Of a DNA stretch of 64,000 nt, positions 8,314-19,800 are shown one piece after another. The translations under genes were made by a program, and so were the position numbers. Origin of the DNA: a virus. Location of the stretch: the IMG/VR virus record IMGVR_UViG_3300048582_000136, positions 9,893 through 73,892 of that record; one strand, given 5' to 3'. Each line of letters opens with the position of its first letter. Position 1 is the first letter of the stretch. The notes below the pieces were generated by a model. It had not been told where the DNA came from and ran no database searches. It saw only the letters and a list, made by a program, of their open reading frames with translations.

Positions 8314-10447
8314 CCAGATCCCCCACCACCCGGCGATCGAAGCTCTGGTGGACACCCTCTGCAGCAAGACCCAAAACAGCGACCGGAGCTTCTTCCGTAT
8401 CGTCGCTGCCTACTTCCTGGCCAAGATGGCGGCATCCATGCGAGCCAAGATCCTGACCAAGGACCGGGGCGAGATTCCAGTGAACGTCTATGCCGTGGCT
8501 CTGGCCACTTCGGGCTTCGGCAAAGGCCATTCGGTCAACATCCTGGAGACCGATTTCCTGGGCAAGTTCCGCAAGCGCTTCATGGAAGACACCTTCCCGC
8601 TGATCGCTGACGATCACCTCTGGAAGCGTGCCATCGAAATGGCCGCAACCCTCAGCACCCCGGAAGCTGATGAGAAAGAGAAGCTCGACAAGGAGTTCCA
8701 GCGTCTCGGTGCCCTGGCTTTCTCCTTCGACTCTGGCACTCCGGCCGCCATCAAGCAAATGCGCCAGAAGCTCCTCATGGCCAACATCGGCGCCATCAAT
8801 TTCCAGATGGACGAGATCGGCTCCAACCTGTCGAAGAACGAGGACGTGCTCGATCTCTACCTCGAGCTCTACGACCAGGGTATCGTCAAACAGAAGCTGA
8901 CAAAGAACACCAACGAGAATCAGCGCGGCGAAGAGATCGAAGGGAAGACGCCCACCAATGCGCTTCTCTTCGGGACGCCGGCCAAGCTTCTCGATGGGGG
9001 TCCGATCGAGGACCTTTTCTACAGCTTCCTCGACACAGGCTATGCCCGTCGCTGCATCTTCGGCTGGGGCGTCTACAAGCGAGCTGATGACACCAGAACC
9101 GCGGCCGAAATCTACGCCCAGCGGATCCAACCCCAGATCGCTGCCACGGCTAACGTCTGGGCAGACCACTTCGAGCTCCTGGCCGATCCGGTCAAGTTCG
9201 ACTGGAAGATGGAAGTCGACGATCCCGTCGGCATCGAGCTTCTCGACTACAAGATGACCTGTGAGCGTCTGGCCGACAAGTTGCCGGAGCATGAGGAGAT
9301 CCGCAAAGCGGAGCTCTCTCACCGCTACTTCAAGGCCCTGAAGCTTGCCGGCGCCTTCGCCTTTGTCGAAGAGAGCCCGGAAGTCACCATGGATCACCTC
9401 TACTCAGCTATCAAGCTCGTTGAGGAATCCGGCCTGGCCTTCGACAAGATGATGACCCGTGAGAAGAACTACGTTCGCCTCGCCAAATACATCGCGTCGG
9501 TGAAGACAGACCTCACCCAAGCGGACATCCAGGAAGCCCTGCCCTTCTTCAAGGGCTCGACTGGTCACCGCAACGACATGATGAACCTGGCGGCGAGCTG
9601 GGGCTACAAGCGTCACATCATCATCCGGAAGACCTTCAACGACGGGATCGAATTCTACTCCGGGGAGACCCTGGAAGAGACCGATACCAACAAGATCCGT
9701 ATCTCCTGGTCGGATCACTTCGCCTACAACTACCAGACCGAAGAAGCCCCGTTCGACCAGCTCCACAAAATGACCCAAGCTCAGGGTCTTCACTGGGCAA
9801 ACCACGGCTTCCAAGGTGGTCATCGGTCAGAAGAGAAAACCATTCCTGGCTTCAATCTTCTGGCGATCGATGTCGATGGAGGCGTCTCTCTCTCCACGGT
9901 TCATGACCTGATGAAAGACTATCAGTTCATGACCTATACCACCAAGCGCCACAACGATCAGGAGAACCGCTTCCGACTGATGCTCCCGATCAACTATGTG
10001 CTGCACCTCGACCACGAGGACTACAAGCAGTTCATGAACAACGTGATGCTGTGGCTCCCCTTCAAGACCGACGAGTCTGCCAACCAGCGGTCGAAAAAGT
10101 GGGAAACCTTCCCTGGCACCTACCACTACAATCTCCAGGGAGAGATCTTCGACTGCCTGCCGTTCATCCCCAAGACCTCGAAGAACGAGAGCTACCAGCG
10201 GGACATGAAGCCCCTGGAATCCCTCGACAACCTCGAGCGTTGGTTTGCCCAGCACATTGCCTCGGGCAACCGCAACAACCAGATGCTCCGCTATGCTATG
10301 GCTCTGGCTGACAGCGGGATGAACTTCATCGAGATCGAACGAAGTGTTCTCAGCTTCAATGCGCGGCTCAACAGCCCGCTCGACTCTGAAGAACTCCGCA
10401 ATACCGTTCTCGTATCAGTGGCGAAGAAGCTCGCAAAAGCAGCTTGA
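8300..10447 (+). CDS. DNA primase-like protein with P-loop and PriCT C-terminus (N4 gp43-like)
   Basis: ATSGFGKGHS, MDEIGS, DVDGG, RFRLMLP and GNRNNQML motifs; synteny. Confidence 0.88.
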   Translation: MKDLDQIPHHPAIEALVDTLCSKTQNSDRSFFRIVAAYFLAKMAASMRAKILTKDRGEIPVNVYAVALATSGFGKGHSVNILETDFLGKFRKRFMEDTFPLIADDHLWKRAIEMAATLSTPEADEKEKLDKEFQRLGALAFSFDSGTPAAIKQMRQKLLMANIGAINFQMDEIGSNLSKNEDVLDLYLELYDQGIVKQKLTKNTNENQRGEEIEGKTPTNALLFGTPAKLLDGGPIEDLFYSFLDTGYARRCIFGWGVYKRADDTRTAAEIYAQRIQPQIAATANVWADHFELLADPVKFDWKMEVDDPVGIELLDYKMTCERLADKLPEHEEIRKAELSHRYFKALKLAGAFAFVEESPEVTMDHLYSAIKLVEESGLAFDKMMTREKNYVRLAKYIASVKTDLTQADIQEALPFFKGSTGHRNDMMNLAASWGYKRHIIIRKTFNDGIEFYSGETLEETDTNKIRISWSDHFAYNYQTEEAPFDQLHKMTQAQGLHWANHGFQGGHRSEEKTIPGFNLLAIDVDGGVSLSTVHDLMKDYQFMTYTTKRHNDQENRFRLMLPINYVLHLDHEDYKQFMNNVMLWLPFKTDESANQRSKKWETFPGTYHYNLQGEIFDCLPFIPKTSKNESYQRDMKPLESLDNLERWFAQHIASGNRNNQMLRYAMALADSGMNFIEIERSVLSFNARLNSPLDSEELRNTVLVSVAKKLAKAA

Positions 10448-10571
10448 TCTAGTCCAAAGATCATGTAGAAAAAGATCTCCGGTCACCGACCGGGGATCAA
10501 CCCCGATCCTGATTCGTTTTCTTGGGTCTTGAACCCACAACAATGATCCCCCGGATCATAGAGGAGACCCC

Positions 10572-11300
10572 ATGTCTGATGCTATCAACGATCAGCTCGT
10601 CCTGATCGCTGGAGAAAGCGCCACTGGCAAATCCGCCAGTCTCGCCAATCTTCCGAACCAAGAGAAAGTGATGTATCTGAACTGCGAAGCCGGCAAGCGC
10701 CTGCCCTTTCGCAACAAGTTCAAGAACTTCACCATCACGGACCCTTACCAGGTCCACGAAGCTTTCGATCACGCCAAGGGCAATCCCGCCTACGACGTCA
10801 TCGTCATCGATACTCTGACCTTTCTCCTCGACATGTTCGAGACGCAGTATGTCCTGCCCTCGACCAATACCATGCAGGCCTGGGGAGCCTACGGTCAGTA
10901 TTTCAAGATCCTCATGCAGGAAAAAGTCGCCAGCTCGGACAAGTCGGTGATCATCCTGGCTCACACTCGGGCAGAGCTCGACGAGAAAGCCATGGAGATG
11001 AAGGTGTCCGTCCCCGTTAAGGGGGCGCTCAAGAACAACGGCGTCGAAGCCTATTTCTCGACCGTCGTTGCGACAAAAAAGGTCTCGCTCAAGGATCTGG
11101 AATCCTACCAGTCCGATCTCCTGCACATCACTGAGCAAGACCAAATGCTTGGATACAAGCACGTTTTCCAGACCCAGCTGACCAAAGGCACCATCGGTGA
11201 ACGCATCCGTTCTCCCATGGGCATGTTCAGCCGGGCGGAGACCTACATGGACAACGACTGCGGACTGCTCCTGAAGCATCTCCGCGAATACTACGCTTGA
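10572..11300 (+). CDS. Sak4-like AAA ssDNA-annealing ATPase (N4 gp44-like)
   Basis: GESATGKS Walker A, VIVIDTLT Walker B, ILAH; GAGGAG SD. Confidence 0.9.
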   Translation: MSDAINDQLVLIAGESATGKSASLANLPNQEKVMYLNCEAGKRLPFRNKFKNFTITDPYQVHEAFDHAKGNPAYDVIVIDTLTFLLDMFETQYVLPSTNTMQAWGAYGQYFKILMQEKVASSDKSVIILAHTRAELDEKAMEMKVSVPVKGALKNNGVEAYFSTVVATKKVSLKDLESYQSDLLHITEQDQMLGYKHVFQTQLTKGTIGERIRSPMGMFSRAETYMDNDCGLLLKHLREYYA

Positions 11301-11313
11301 GGAAGGAATCCCT

Positions 11314-12057
11314 ATGAGCAAGCTTTTCGGAAATCTGAACACCGAGGGTGCGGAAAAAGTCGTCGATCGTGTCGGCGGCGGTGGCACCGTCCCGACCGGT
11401 ATCCACACCGGCACCATCAAGGCAGCCTATGCTGGCAAGTCGGACGGCGGCGCCAACTCGATCACCATTCTCGCCGATCTCGGCGGCCGTGAGCTTCGTG
11501 TCACCGAATGGGTCACGAACAAGGCCGGCCAGAACACCTGGCAGGACAAGCAGGACAAGACCAAGAAGCACCTGCTCCCTGGCTTCATCACGGTCAACGA
11601 CCTCTGCCTGCTTCTGGCCGACGCTGAGCTGAGCGACATGGACTTCGAGGAGAAGGTCCTGAAGCTCTACGACTACGACGCCAAGAAGGAGATCCCGACC
11701 AACGTTCAAGTCATCGCCGGCCTCACCGGGAAACCGGTCACCCTCGCTGTCGTCGAACAAATCGTCGACAAGACGAAGAAGAACGAAGCCACCGGGGAAT
11801 ACGAGCCCACGGGTGAAACCCGCAACGAGAACATCATCGAAAAGGTGCTCCACTCGGACATGCGGACGGTGACCGAGATCCGTGAGGGTGTCACCGAAGC
11901 TGGCTGGGCTCCCAAGTGGCTCGAAAAGAACGCCGGCAAGACCCGCAACAAGGCCAAGGGTGCAGACGGCAAGACCGGTGCTCCTGGCGGCCGTGGAGCG
12001 CCTGCTGCAGGTGGGACGAGCCAGGCTCCGAAGTCCTCGCTTTTCGGCGCCAAGTGA
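11314..12057 (+). CDS. ssb: single-stranded DNA-binding protein / late transcription activator (N4 gp45-like)
   Basis: Synteny; LPGF and TGETRNEN motifs; G/A/K-rich tail ending KSSLFGAK. Confidence 0.88.
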   Translation: MSKLFGNLNTEGAEKVVDRVGGGGTVPTGIHTGTIKAAYAGKSDGGANSITILADLGGRELRVTEWVTNKAGQNTWQDKQDKTKKHLLPGFITVNDLCLLLADAELSDMDFEEKVLKLYDYDAKKEIPTNVQVIAGLTGKPVTLAVVEQIVDKTKKNEATGEYEPTGETRNENIIEKVLHSDMRTVTEIREGVTEAGWAPKWLEKNAGKTRNKAKGADGKTGAPGGRGAPAAGGTSQAPKSSLFGAK

Positions 12058-12539
12058 TCGTCGGCATCGATCCTGGATTGAGTGGGGCTATTGCCCTGCT
12101 CAATCCTACCACCAGGGAAGTGGAGATCCACGACATGCCGCTCGTTGCCTCAAAAGCAGGGCGGTCTGAAACGGATCTCCACAATCTGGCTCGTCTCCTC
12201 GTCCCACGAGGAGTGTTCAACATCGCCATCCTGGAACAGGTGCATGCCATGCCCAAGCAAGGCTCTGCATCGACCTTCCGGTTTGGCCAAAACTACGGGG
12301 CCTGTCAGATGGCCATATCTGGTCACGGCTACGACGTGCGCGATGTCACCCCGCAATCCTGGAAGAAACACTTCCGTCTTGGCTCCGATGGCAATGCCAG
12401 CCGAGCCCTCGCCATGCAGCGCTTTCCCTCTCTTGCGGAAGCCCTGAAGCGTGTCAAAGACCACAACCGCGCAGAGGCGGTCCTTCTGGCTCTCTATGGC
12501 CTGGAGGTCGTCTACCCGACCTACCTACCCCATTCTTGA
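12054..12539 (+). CDS. RuvC-like Holliday junction resolvase
   Basis: GTG overlaps the ssb stop; IVGIDPGLSGA, ILEQV, TPQSWK and HNRAEAVLLA motifs. Confidence 0.9.
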   Translation: MIVGIDPGLSGAIALLNPTTREVEIHDMPLVASKAGRSETDLHNLARLLVPRGVFNIAILEQVHAMPKQGSASTFRFGQNYGACQMAISGHGYDVRDVTPQSWKKHFRLGSDGNASRALAMQRFPSLAEALKRVKDHNRAEAVLLALYGLEVVYPTYLPHS

Positions 12540-12550
12540 GGAATTCTCCG

Positions 12551-13030
12551 ATGCAGATCATCTTCGACGAAGACGACATCAAGGCGGCTCTGACCGCTCA
12601 CGCCACCTCCATGGTCACCATCAAGGACGACATGGAAATCACCATCGACATGAAGGCTGGCCGCGGTGAGAACGGCTACAGCGCCACGCTGAACATCCAG
12701 CCGAAACCGGCTCCGGTTGTTACCAAGATCACCACTCGTGGAACCAAAGCAGCTGCTACCCCGGCTGCTGAGCCCACCCCTGTTCCTGCCGTTTCGCCGG
12801 CCAAAGCGCTCTTCTCGAAGCCGACTCCGGTTGCAGTCGAAGCTACCCCTGAGCCAGTCCCTGAAGAGGCTCCAGAAGCCGCCAACGACGTGATCCCGGC
12901 TGGCATCTCGACCGGCGAAGACCGTGGTGAGCAGGAAGACGCCATCTCGGCCGACGTCGATGCCATTCCCGATGAGACTCCTGCTGAGAAGCCGAAGTCG
13001 ATCTTCAACTTCGCCAAGACCGGGGCGTAA
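12551..13030 (+). CDS. N4 gp47-like protein with P/A/E-rich linker
   Basis: GAGGAA SD; conserved-looking N-terminus with KAGRGENGYSA; synteny. Confidence 0.75.
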   Translation: MQIIFDEDDIKAALTAHATSMVTIKDDMEITIDMKAGRGENGYSATLNIQPKPAPVVTKITTRGTKAAATPAAEPTPVPAVSPAKALFSKPTPVAVEATPEPVPEEAPEAANDVIPAGISTGEDRGEQEDAISADVDAIPDETPAEKPKSIFNFAKTGA

Positions 13031-13197
13031 TGGACCTGATCAAGGCAGCTCTCTTCGGGGCTGTCTTGATTGCCGGAGTGGTCATGCTCCCGGTCATCAT
13101 TGCAGCTCTCACCTTCCTTGTCGGATATGCGATTCTGGTTGCAATCATTTGGTTTGTCTTCCAGATCGTGAAAGAGGAGCCAAAGCCTCCTGACTAG
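13030..13197 (+). CDS. small membrane protein
   Basis: MDLIKAALFGAVLIAGVVMLPVIIAALTFLVGYAILVAIIWFVFQIVKEEPKPPD*; TAATG overlap; below the track cutoff. Confidence 0.7.
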   Translation: MDLIKAALFGAVLIAGVVMLPVIIAALTFLVGYAILVAIIWFVFQIVKEEPKPPD

Positions 13198-13286
13198 ACC
13201 GGTGCCACTCCTTCACCGGTTTCCGGGCCTCTCTCCTTCCACGGGAGAGGCCCATCCTTCCCCCAATACAAATCGGAAATGCACCC

Positions 13287-13460
13287 ATGAGTGGTTGGAC
13301 CGTCGCTTTCATTCTCTACCTGATCCCTCTCCTGGTCAGCCTCGTCTCGAACAAGTCCAAGACGGTTCGGGATCCTGACCTGTGGGAAGCTATCCTTTGG
13401 CCGCCCCTCATGCTTATCGGAGCCGTAGTGCTCTACCTCGAAAACCGGAAAAACTCATGA
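13287..13460 (+). CDS. small two-TM membrane protein
   Basis: MSGWTVAFILYLIPLLVSL...AILWPPLMLIGAVVLYL; ATGA overlap with the next gene. Confidence 0.65.
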   Translation: MSGWTVAFILYLIPLLVSLVSNKSKTVRDPDLWEAILWPPLMLIGAVVLYLENRKNS

Positions 13461-13855
13461 GCACTCCCATCACTGTGCTCATGGGGACACCCATCTACTC
13501 CTGGAACAAGAAAGAAGTTTGGGCTTACTGGGCTGACAACTGCACTACCAATAGTCGCTATGTCCTTTTCAGAACAGTGCGCCAGTTTCTTGGTGATGAC
13601 GAGCCTTCTCGCCAACCCGAAGTCTGCTGGAATGGCTCCATCTGGACTGTTGGTCCAGATACCACCCAAGCAGATCTTCATGACAGTCCACTCTTCTTCA
13701 TCAACCCCATGCAGGGGCCTCAAGCTCGGCTAGCAGCCATTCGCACGCTCAAAAATGACCCCAACTTCATGCGCTACTTTCAGCTACAGACAGATGGAAT
13801 AGACGCCTACGAGAGGTTTGCCGAAGCCAGAGCCAAAGATTCTGTCCCTTTCTGA
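13457..13855 (+). CDS. hypothetical protein
   Basis: ATGA coupling; ends abutting the convergent vRNAP stop. Confidence 0.65.
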   Translation: MSTPITVLMGTPIYSWNKKEVWAYWADNCTTNSRYVLFRTVRQFLGDDEPSRQPEVCWNGSIWTVGPDTTQADLHDSPLFFINPMQGPQARLAAIRTLKNDPNFMRYFQLQTDGIDAYERFAEARAKDSVPF

Positions 13856-16800
13856 TCAGTTCATCAAGTTAACCCAGGGATGCAGGCTAGGCGCATTGAA
13901 CGCCATGCCTGGTCCGATGGAATAGCCCAGACGACCATCAGCCGTCACTGACAAGAGGTTGTCCTCGATCGGCGAACCAAGGCTCAGACCCGGCACTTCC
14001 GGCATGATCGGATTGCCCAGCGTCAGCATCAGAGCCCGGAACGGGTGGTTGATGATGTGCTGCCGCGCGATCTTGATCGACCGGAGCTTGAAGGCCGGGA
14101 ACCAAACCAGACCCATCGCATCAGCATAGCTCCGCGTCCTGCCGGGCAGAAGGTTGTAGTTCACAAATTCTTCCGTGATCCCCTGGATCGCCTCGTCCTT
14201 CGACTTGCCCTGAACCCGCAGGTGATCGTAAAGAACACCCTTGGCCAGGAAGTCCCCATACTGCATGGCCCGAGCCATGCCTTGGAATAGAGCCGTGTCC
14301 CTGGTTATAAAGGCATAGCGGCCAAAGTTCCCAAGCTTCGCCGGAACCTTGTCCATCAGACCCTGGATGTATTCCGCGTATTTACCGCTCGTCAGAGCAG
14401 CATCCGCATCGGTCACACCCTCGGAAATCGAGGCAAATTCCCCTGCCTCGATGAGATCCCAGATCGACATCCGACGGTTGGCATCCTCGATCGACTTCAG
14501 CTCCGCCTGCAGCCGGCGCACTGCGTCGGGGTTGTTACGTTGGGCGGTGAGCTCGGCCTCGATGTCGATCCGGCGCTTCTCGTGCTTCTGATACTTGGTG
14601 ATCTCCAGGAGCTTGGTCTGGTAGCCCTGATACATCTCCCTGACCCCGACACCGTGCATGGCGAGCTGCAGGAAGTTCGAAGCCATGTTGGCCATCGGGA
14701 TCACGATCGACCGCACCACGATAGTCGACTTGACCACCGAAACCCCAGCCTGGATCGCTTTCTCCGACGTCGCCAGAACCTTGAAGGCATTGTCTCCGAA
14801 GACCGCCGTGGTGACCTTCCTGAAGCCTTCCTGCATCTCAGGGCGCATCCTCGAGATCCCGGTCCAGGGATCAGTGATCGAAGCTGCCCGGTAGCCCACA
14901 GCGTTGTTCAGCATGTCCTTGCGGATCGGGAACCCATCATCCCCGAAGACTTCCTTGATGTAGGCCCTGAGATCATTCGGCACCATCTCCCAGCTGTCGA
15001 TGTGAACCTTATCTTGGCTCTGGGAGAGATCCACAAACTCGCTGGCCTTGGTTCCCTTGTCCCGGTCCCAGACCTTCTTCAGGTTGTCGATGAGGGTCTT
15101 GTTGAACTCCTGACCCAGCTCCTCTTCAGCCTGCCGGCCACGCCAGGCTCCGAGCATCTCGCCCATGTGGGTGTTCCGCTCCAGCATAGCCAGCGCGTGA
15201 GGGGCAATATGGCGTTCGTAGGCCACCACCTGACCCTTGGCATCATAGACGGGCAGAAGAGCCTCTACAGGCCCTTTCTGGACGTTCCTGAGCCGCTGCT
15301 GGATTATGCTCAAATATTTCCCCGAGATAACCCCTGCCGTGGCTCCAGTGACCGTCCTGCCAGTCCTGGGATCGATCCCCGCAGCCGACTGCTGGATCGT
15401 CTGCATGACACCCTGAGTATAAGTGCCGTTGCCGGACACCGTCGAGAAGTAGTAGCCCTTCTTGCCCGACTCCACGCCAGCACCCTTGTAGTCACCCATT
15501 CGGGTGTAACCCTGGGCCACCAGGCTATCGTGCTCGCTGTCATCCCGAACCAGAAGAGACACCCCATCAGCCCGCTCCGAAGGGATGTAGCCCTTGTAGT
15601 GGTTGAACCTTGCCGCATCGGTCTGGATCTTGGCTTGTTCGTCCTGGGCTGTGGCCCAGAGGTAGCCTGTCAGGAAATCGATACCTTCAGCTTCGGTATC
15701 AGCCAGAAGAGCAACCCGGTTGATGTCGTCCTGCCCCACATTCTCCAGCGCGTAGAGGGTGGTCAGGATGTCGATCAGCTCGATGACGGCCGCATCATCC
15801 GTGCCTTTGCCGTTCTCGCCCATCAGGGCTGCAATGGCATTGGCGTTTCGCAGAAGGTTGTTGTTGGTCACCTCTCCGTTGACCATGAACTTCGCCAGCT
15901 CCTTGGCCTTGCGGAAAAAGGCGGCATGCGACCGGTGAGAGGCCTTCAGCTCGTCTTCCCGCTGCTGGATCTCCTGAGCCAGATAGGCCTTGTCAGTGAC
16001 GAGCTTTCGCACGTCGGCGCCGGAGTAATACGCCCGCAGAGAACCCGCATCAGTCTTGCCCCAAACCAGATGCAAGGACGACCACTCTTCCGAGCTCAGC
16101 TCTCTGGTGAATTTCTCAGCGATCAGTCGGGGAACTTCTTCCCGGTAGTCCTGGCGCATGGCAGAGACCGCGGCTTTCACCTTGTTCACCAGACCCAAGA
16201 CACCACGGTTCTCGTCGGTGATGCCGATGACTTCATTCATCAACTCTACCAGAGCCGTCGGAACCTTCTGAGCCTGATTGCCCATGCTCACCAGAGCGCT
16301 GCCCATGGCTTTGCCGCGGTTGTTATCGATTAGGGCTGCCACGATCGCAGCACCGTTACGGATGCTGGTCTTGATGGCGTTGCGTTGTTGGCCGAGGCTT
16401 TTCTGTGCCTCGTTGTCTGCCCATTGTCCGAGGCGCTCACCTGCCTTGGAGAGGAACTCTGCCGACTTGGCATCCAGCTTGTCTGCGAAGCCCTGGGTCT
16501 GCTTCTCGATCCAGAGCCTGTCGTCCTTGTCAATTTCCGAGAGAACCAAAGACAGCCGGTCCAGGGCATCTTTCGTGCTCCTGGATCCAAGACCAGACCC
16601 ACTGGCCGCCGTTGCCAGAGTATCGAGGCCAGAGTTGGCCACCGATGTCAGGAACTCGTCCATGCTCCCAAACGAGACCTGACGATCTTTCGGCAGCTCG
16701 ATACGATCCAGAACCTTACGGAACTCAGGATCCACTTGGCTCAAAGCCAGGAAGGATGCGAGAAGGTTCGACCGCCCTTCAGGGTCGGTCTCATATCCGT

Positions 16801-19800
16801 ATTTCCCCAAAAGCATGTCAAACCGGGACTGAGCCCTCAAAGCCCCATCCGGATAACCTTCAAAGTCCTTCGGCGTTAGCTGCTTGGTCACATGGCTGTA
16901 TATCCGCTGGGCCTGCACCAGAGCCCGGTTGTCCATCTTCATCGACGAGGCCAAGGCTACCTGGATCTGACGAAAAGCAGACTTCTGCTGTGGGTCCATG
17001 TCGAACCCGTAGCCGATGAAGAAGTTGACCGACTGGTCTGCATTGGCTCGAACCGTGATCTCTTCACCCGGTTTGGTCGCCACGCTCATCGGATCAAAGT
17101 GGCTTTTGACCTTGGTCTCGAACCGCTCCATCAGGGCTTGGATCCTGAGATCTACCGGAGCTCCTGTGGTCTGGTTCATCACTGAGCCAGCCGGAAGCTG
17201 CACTCGGGTATCCCCATTCAACACAGCTCCCGTGTTCAGAAGGATGTTCGAGAACATGTCGATCTTCTGGGTGGCCGGCAGACCCAAAAGCTTCCGGATC
17301 CAGGCGGTAGCCTTGAAGACCAACTGACGCAGAGGAGTCCGGACCTTCGTCTTCCGCATCACTTCGATCAGGTTCTGGTTCGACAGGGTCCAGGCCATGA
17401 ACTCGTTAAGGGCAATGGCCTTGCCCAGAGCATCACCCTGCATCAGGGCATCTGCGATCTGGCGCTGCACGACCTGTGCCACGTTCAGAACCGCCCCGTC
17501 TTCCTGCTCGAGATCCCGACGCAAGGTCCGGCTGAAGTCCATGTCCAGGAACTGGTTCATCATGGCTTCGAGGTTCTGGATCGCAGCCTGCTGCACCTCA
17601 TCAAGGCTCGAAGGATCAGCATAGCCCTGGTAGACCACTTCGAGGGTGGCCGTGTGCAAAGCTTCGTGCAGGACGGTTTCCCCTGCCATGTTGGCGATGT
17701 AGACCACCCGGTTGTTGATGTCGGTTTGGCCTTTGTCTATCGCCGCTGTCCCGATCATGTCGGGATAGGTTTCGTTTCTGTAGGCGGTCAGCTCTTCGCT
17801 GGAGCCAAAGAGAAAGGTGAAGTCTGGCAGCGTCTTCTGGATCATCGCCATGACGTCACGGGCTTCTTTCGTCACCCCTTCTGACTGCATCATTTTGGCC
17901 ATCGCCTTCGCAGTCATGCGGGTGATAGGCCTATACCCCATCTCAACCCCAAACCGCTTAACCTTCTGGGCAAACCCATCCGAAGCCGGTTCCACACTCG
18001 GTTGAGCCAGCTCATCCTGCCGCTTGTCGGTGAGCTTCCTGAGCTCTTCTTCATAACGGAAGTTCAGCCAGTCGACGAGCTTGGTGTCGTAGTTCGGGTC
18101 ACCCGGATCCGCATCGAAGACTTCGCCGTCGTTGTTGTGTGGTGCCCGACCAGACGCCATGTGGTCCATCGAAAACTCGATCGACTTCATCACGTTCTTT
18201 CGGGCCTGCACTTCCCGAGCGATCTGGTTCAGCTCACCACTGAGCTGGCTTGCCACCTGAGTCATGGCCTTGACCAGACCATCGGGAGCCACCTCTTCCA
18301 GACCCATCGTCTTGGCGATCTCCATGAGAGCAGCCGAATCCTTGATGTCCGCGAAGGGTCCGCTCTTCCCTTGGCGGGTAAAGTCCGCAAAGCTATCAGC
18401 CAGGTCCTTCGGCCCGTTGTCGTTCATCCAGGCATCGGCGACAGCCTTGTTGATCTTCTGCGAGATCGTGGTGATCCCATCGGCCGGCATTTCGAGACCG
18501 TCGAAGACGGCCAGCACACGGAGATCCGGGTCTTCTGACAGGAAGTAGTTGACCATCATCATCGCGTCACCACGAGAGATCGTCATCATGGCTGCTGCAG
18601 CCACACCCGCATCGGTTGGTTCGGGAAGTCTTGTGCTTTCCCCATATTTGCCATCCAGGCTCCGGGTGAAGCTGTAGGAGGATTTGACACTTTCCGAACC
18701 CGACAGGTTCAGGTGGTTCTCGTTCGAGTCAGCCGGTTCGATCACAGCCCCGAAGCGGGACATTCTGCGGTAGACCTCGTTGTAGTCATCCTGGCTCAGG
18801 AACTCGCCCTTCTCCAGCTTACCTGAAGCCCACTGACTATCCCGCAGCTCCCGCACGGCTTGCCGGAAGTGGGCGATCATCGTCTGCGACTGGATCTGGG
18901 TAGCCCGCTGCAAGACAGCGTTCACTTCCAGCGGGTTGGCCATCACCTGCCCGATCCCAGACCGCATCGGGTTGATCAGGATTTGGCGCAGGTTGTGAGA
19001 GAACATCTCCCGGTTTGCCGCATCAAGGACGAAGTCCTTTGGCCGACGCAGCTTCAAAGGCGCCTTCTTGCCTTTCGACGTCTTGTCGGTCGTGTAGAAC
19101 CGGTCTTCCTTCTTGTTGTAGAGCACACGGCTCGAGGCCAGCACCATCAGATCCTGGATCACCGTGCCGTATCCTGCCATGCCCGGCAGATCCTCCAGAC
19201 CAAGGTTCTGGTTACCGGTCTCTGCCCGCTTCATCTCAAGCTCGGTGAGGCGTTCGTAGAAGGCTTCCAAGAGGGCTCCGGCCACCTTGTCGGCGATACC
19301 ATTCGCACCTGAACCATAGACGGTCACGGTCAGAGGGTTCTTCAGAAGGCCCCGCTTGATCGTCAGCTCACCAGTCGCCTCATTGTAGGAGAAGTCCCCA
19401 GAGAAGGCATTGAGGAACCGCAGCATGGCGTCAGCGTGCTGCTCCCCACCCTTTGCCTTCATCTCGCCGATCTTGGCCTTGAGGAACACTTCGGCCCCCA
19501 TGGCGGCGATGTTGTAGAGGTCCTTGTCCGCCTTGTTGTTCTGGAACTGGTCGTTCAAGGTGCGATCCCGGCGACCCAGGAAGAACCCGCCACGGGCAAA
19601 GTTCTTCAATTCGGCAACCGTGAATTTCCCCTTCGAGTGGTTCACCAAGGCAGCCATCGGACCATCAGTCTTGCCGTCGGCTTCGAGCGACAGGAAGTGC
19701 CGGAAGTTCGACCGGGCTCCAGCTTCGTTGGATCCCATCGCAGCCTGGTATTGAGCCACAGCCAGAAGCGAGTGGATCAGTTTCTCATTGCCGCCACCGG

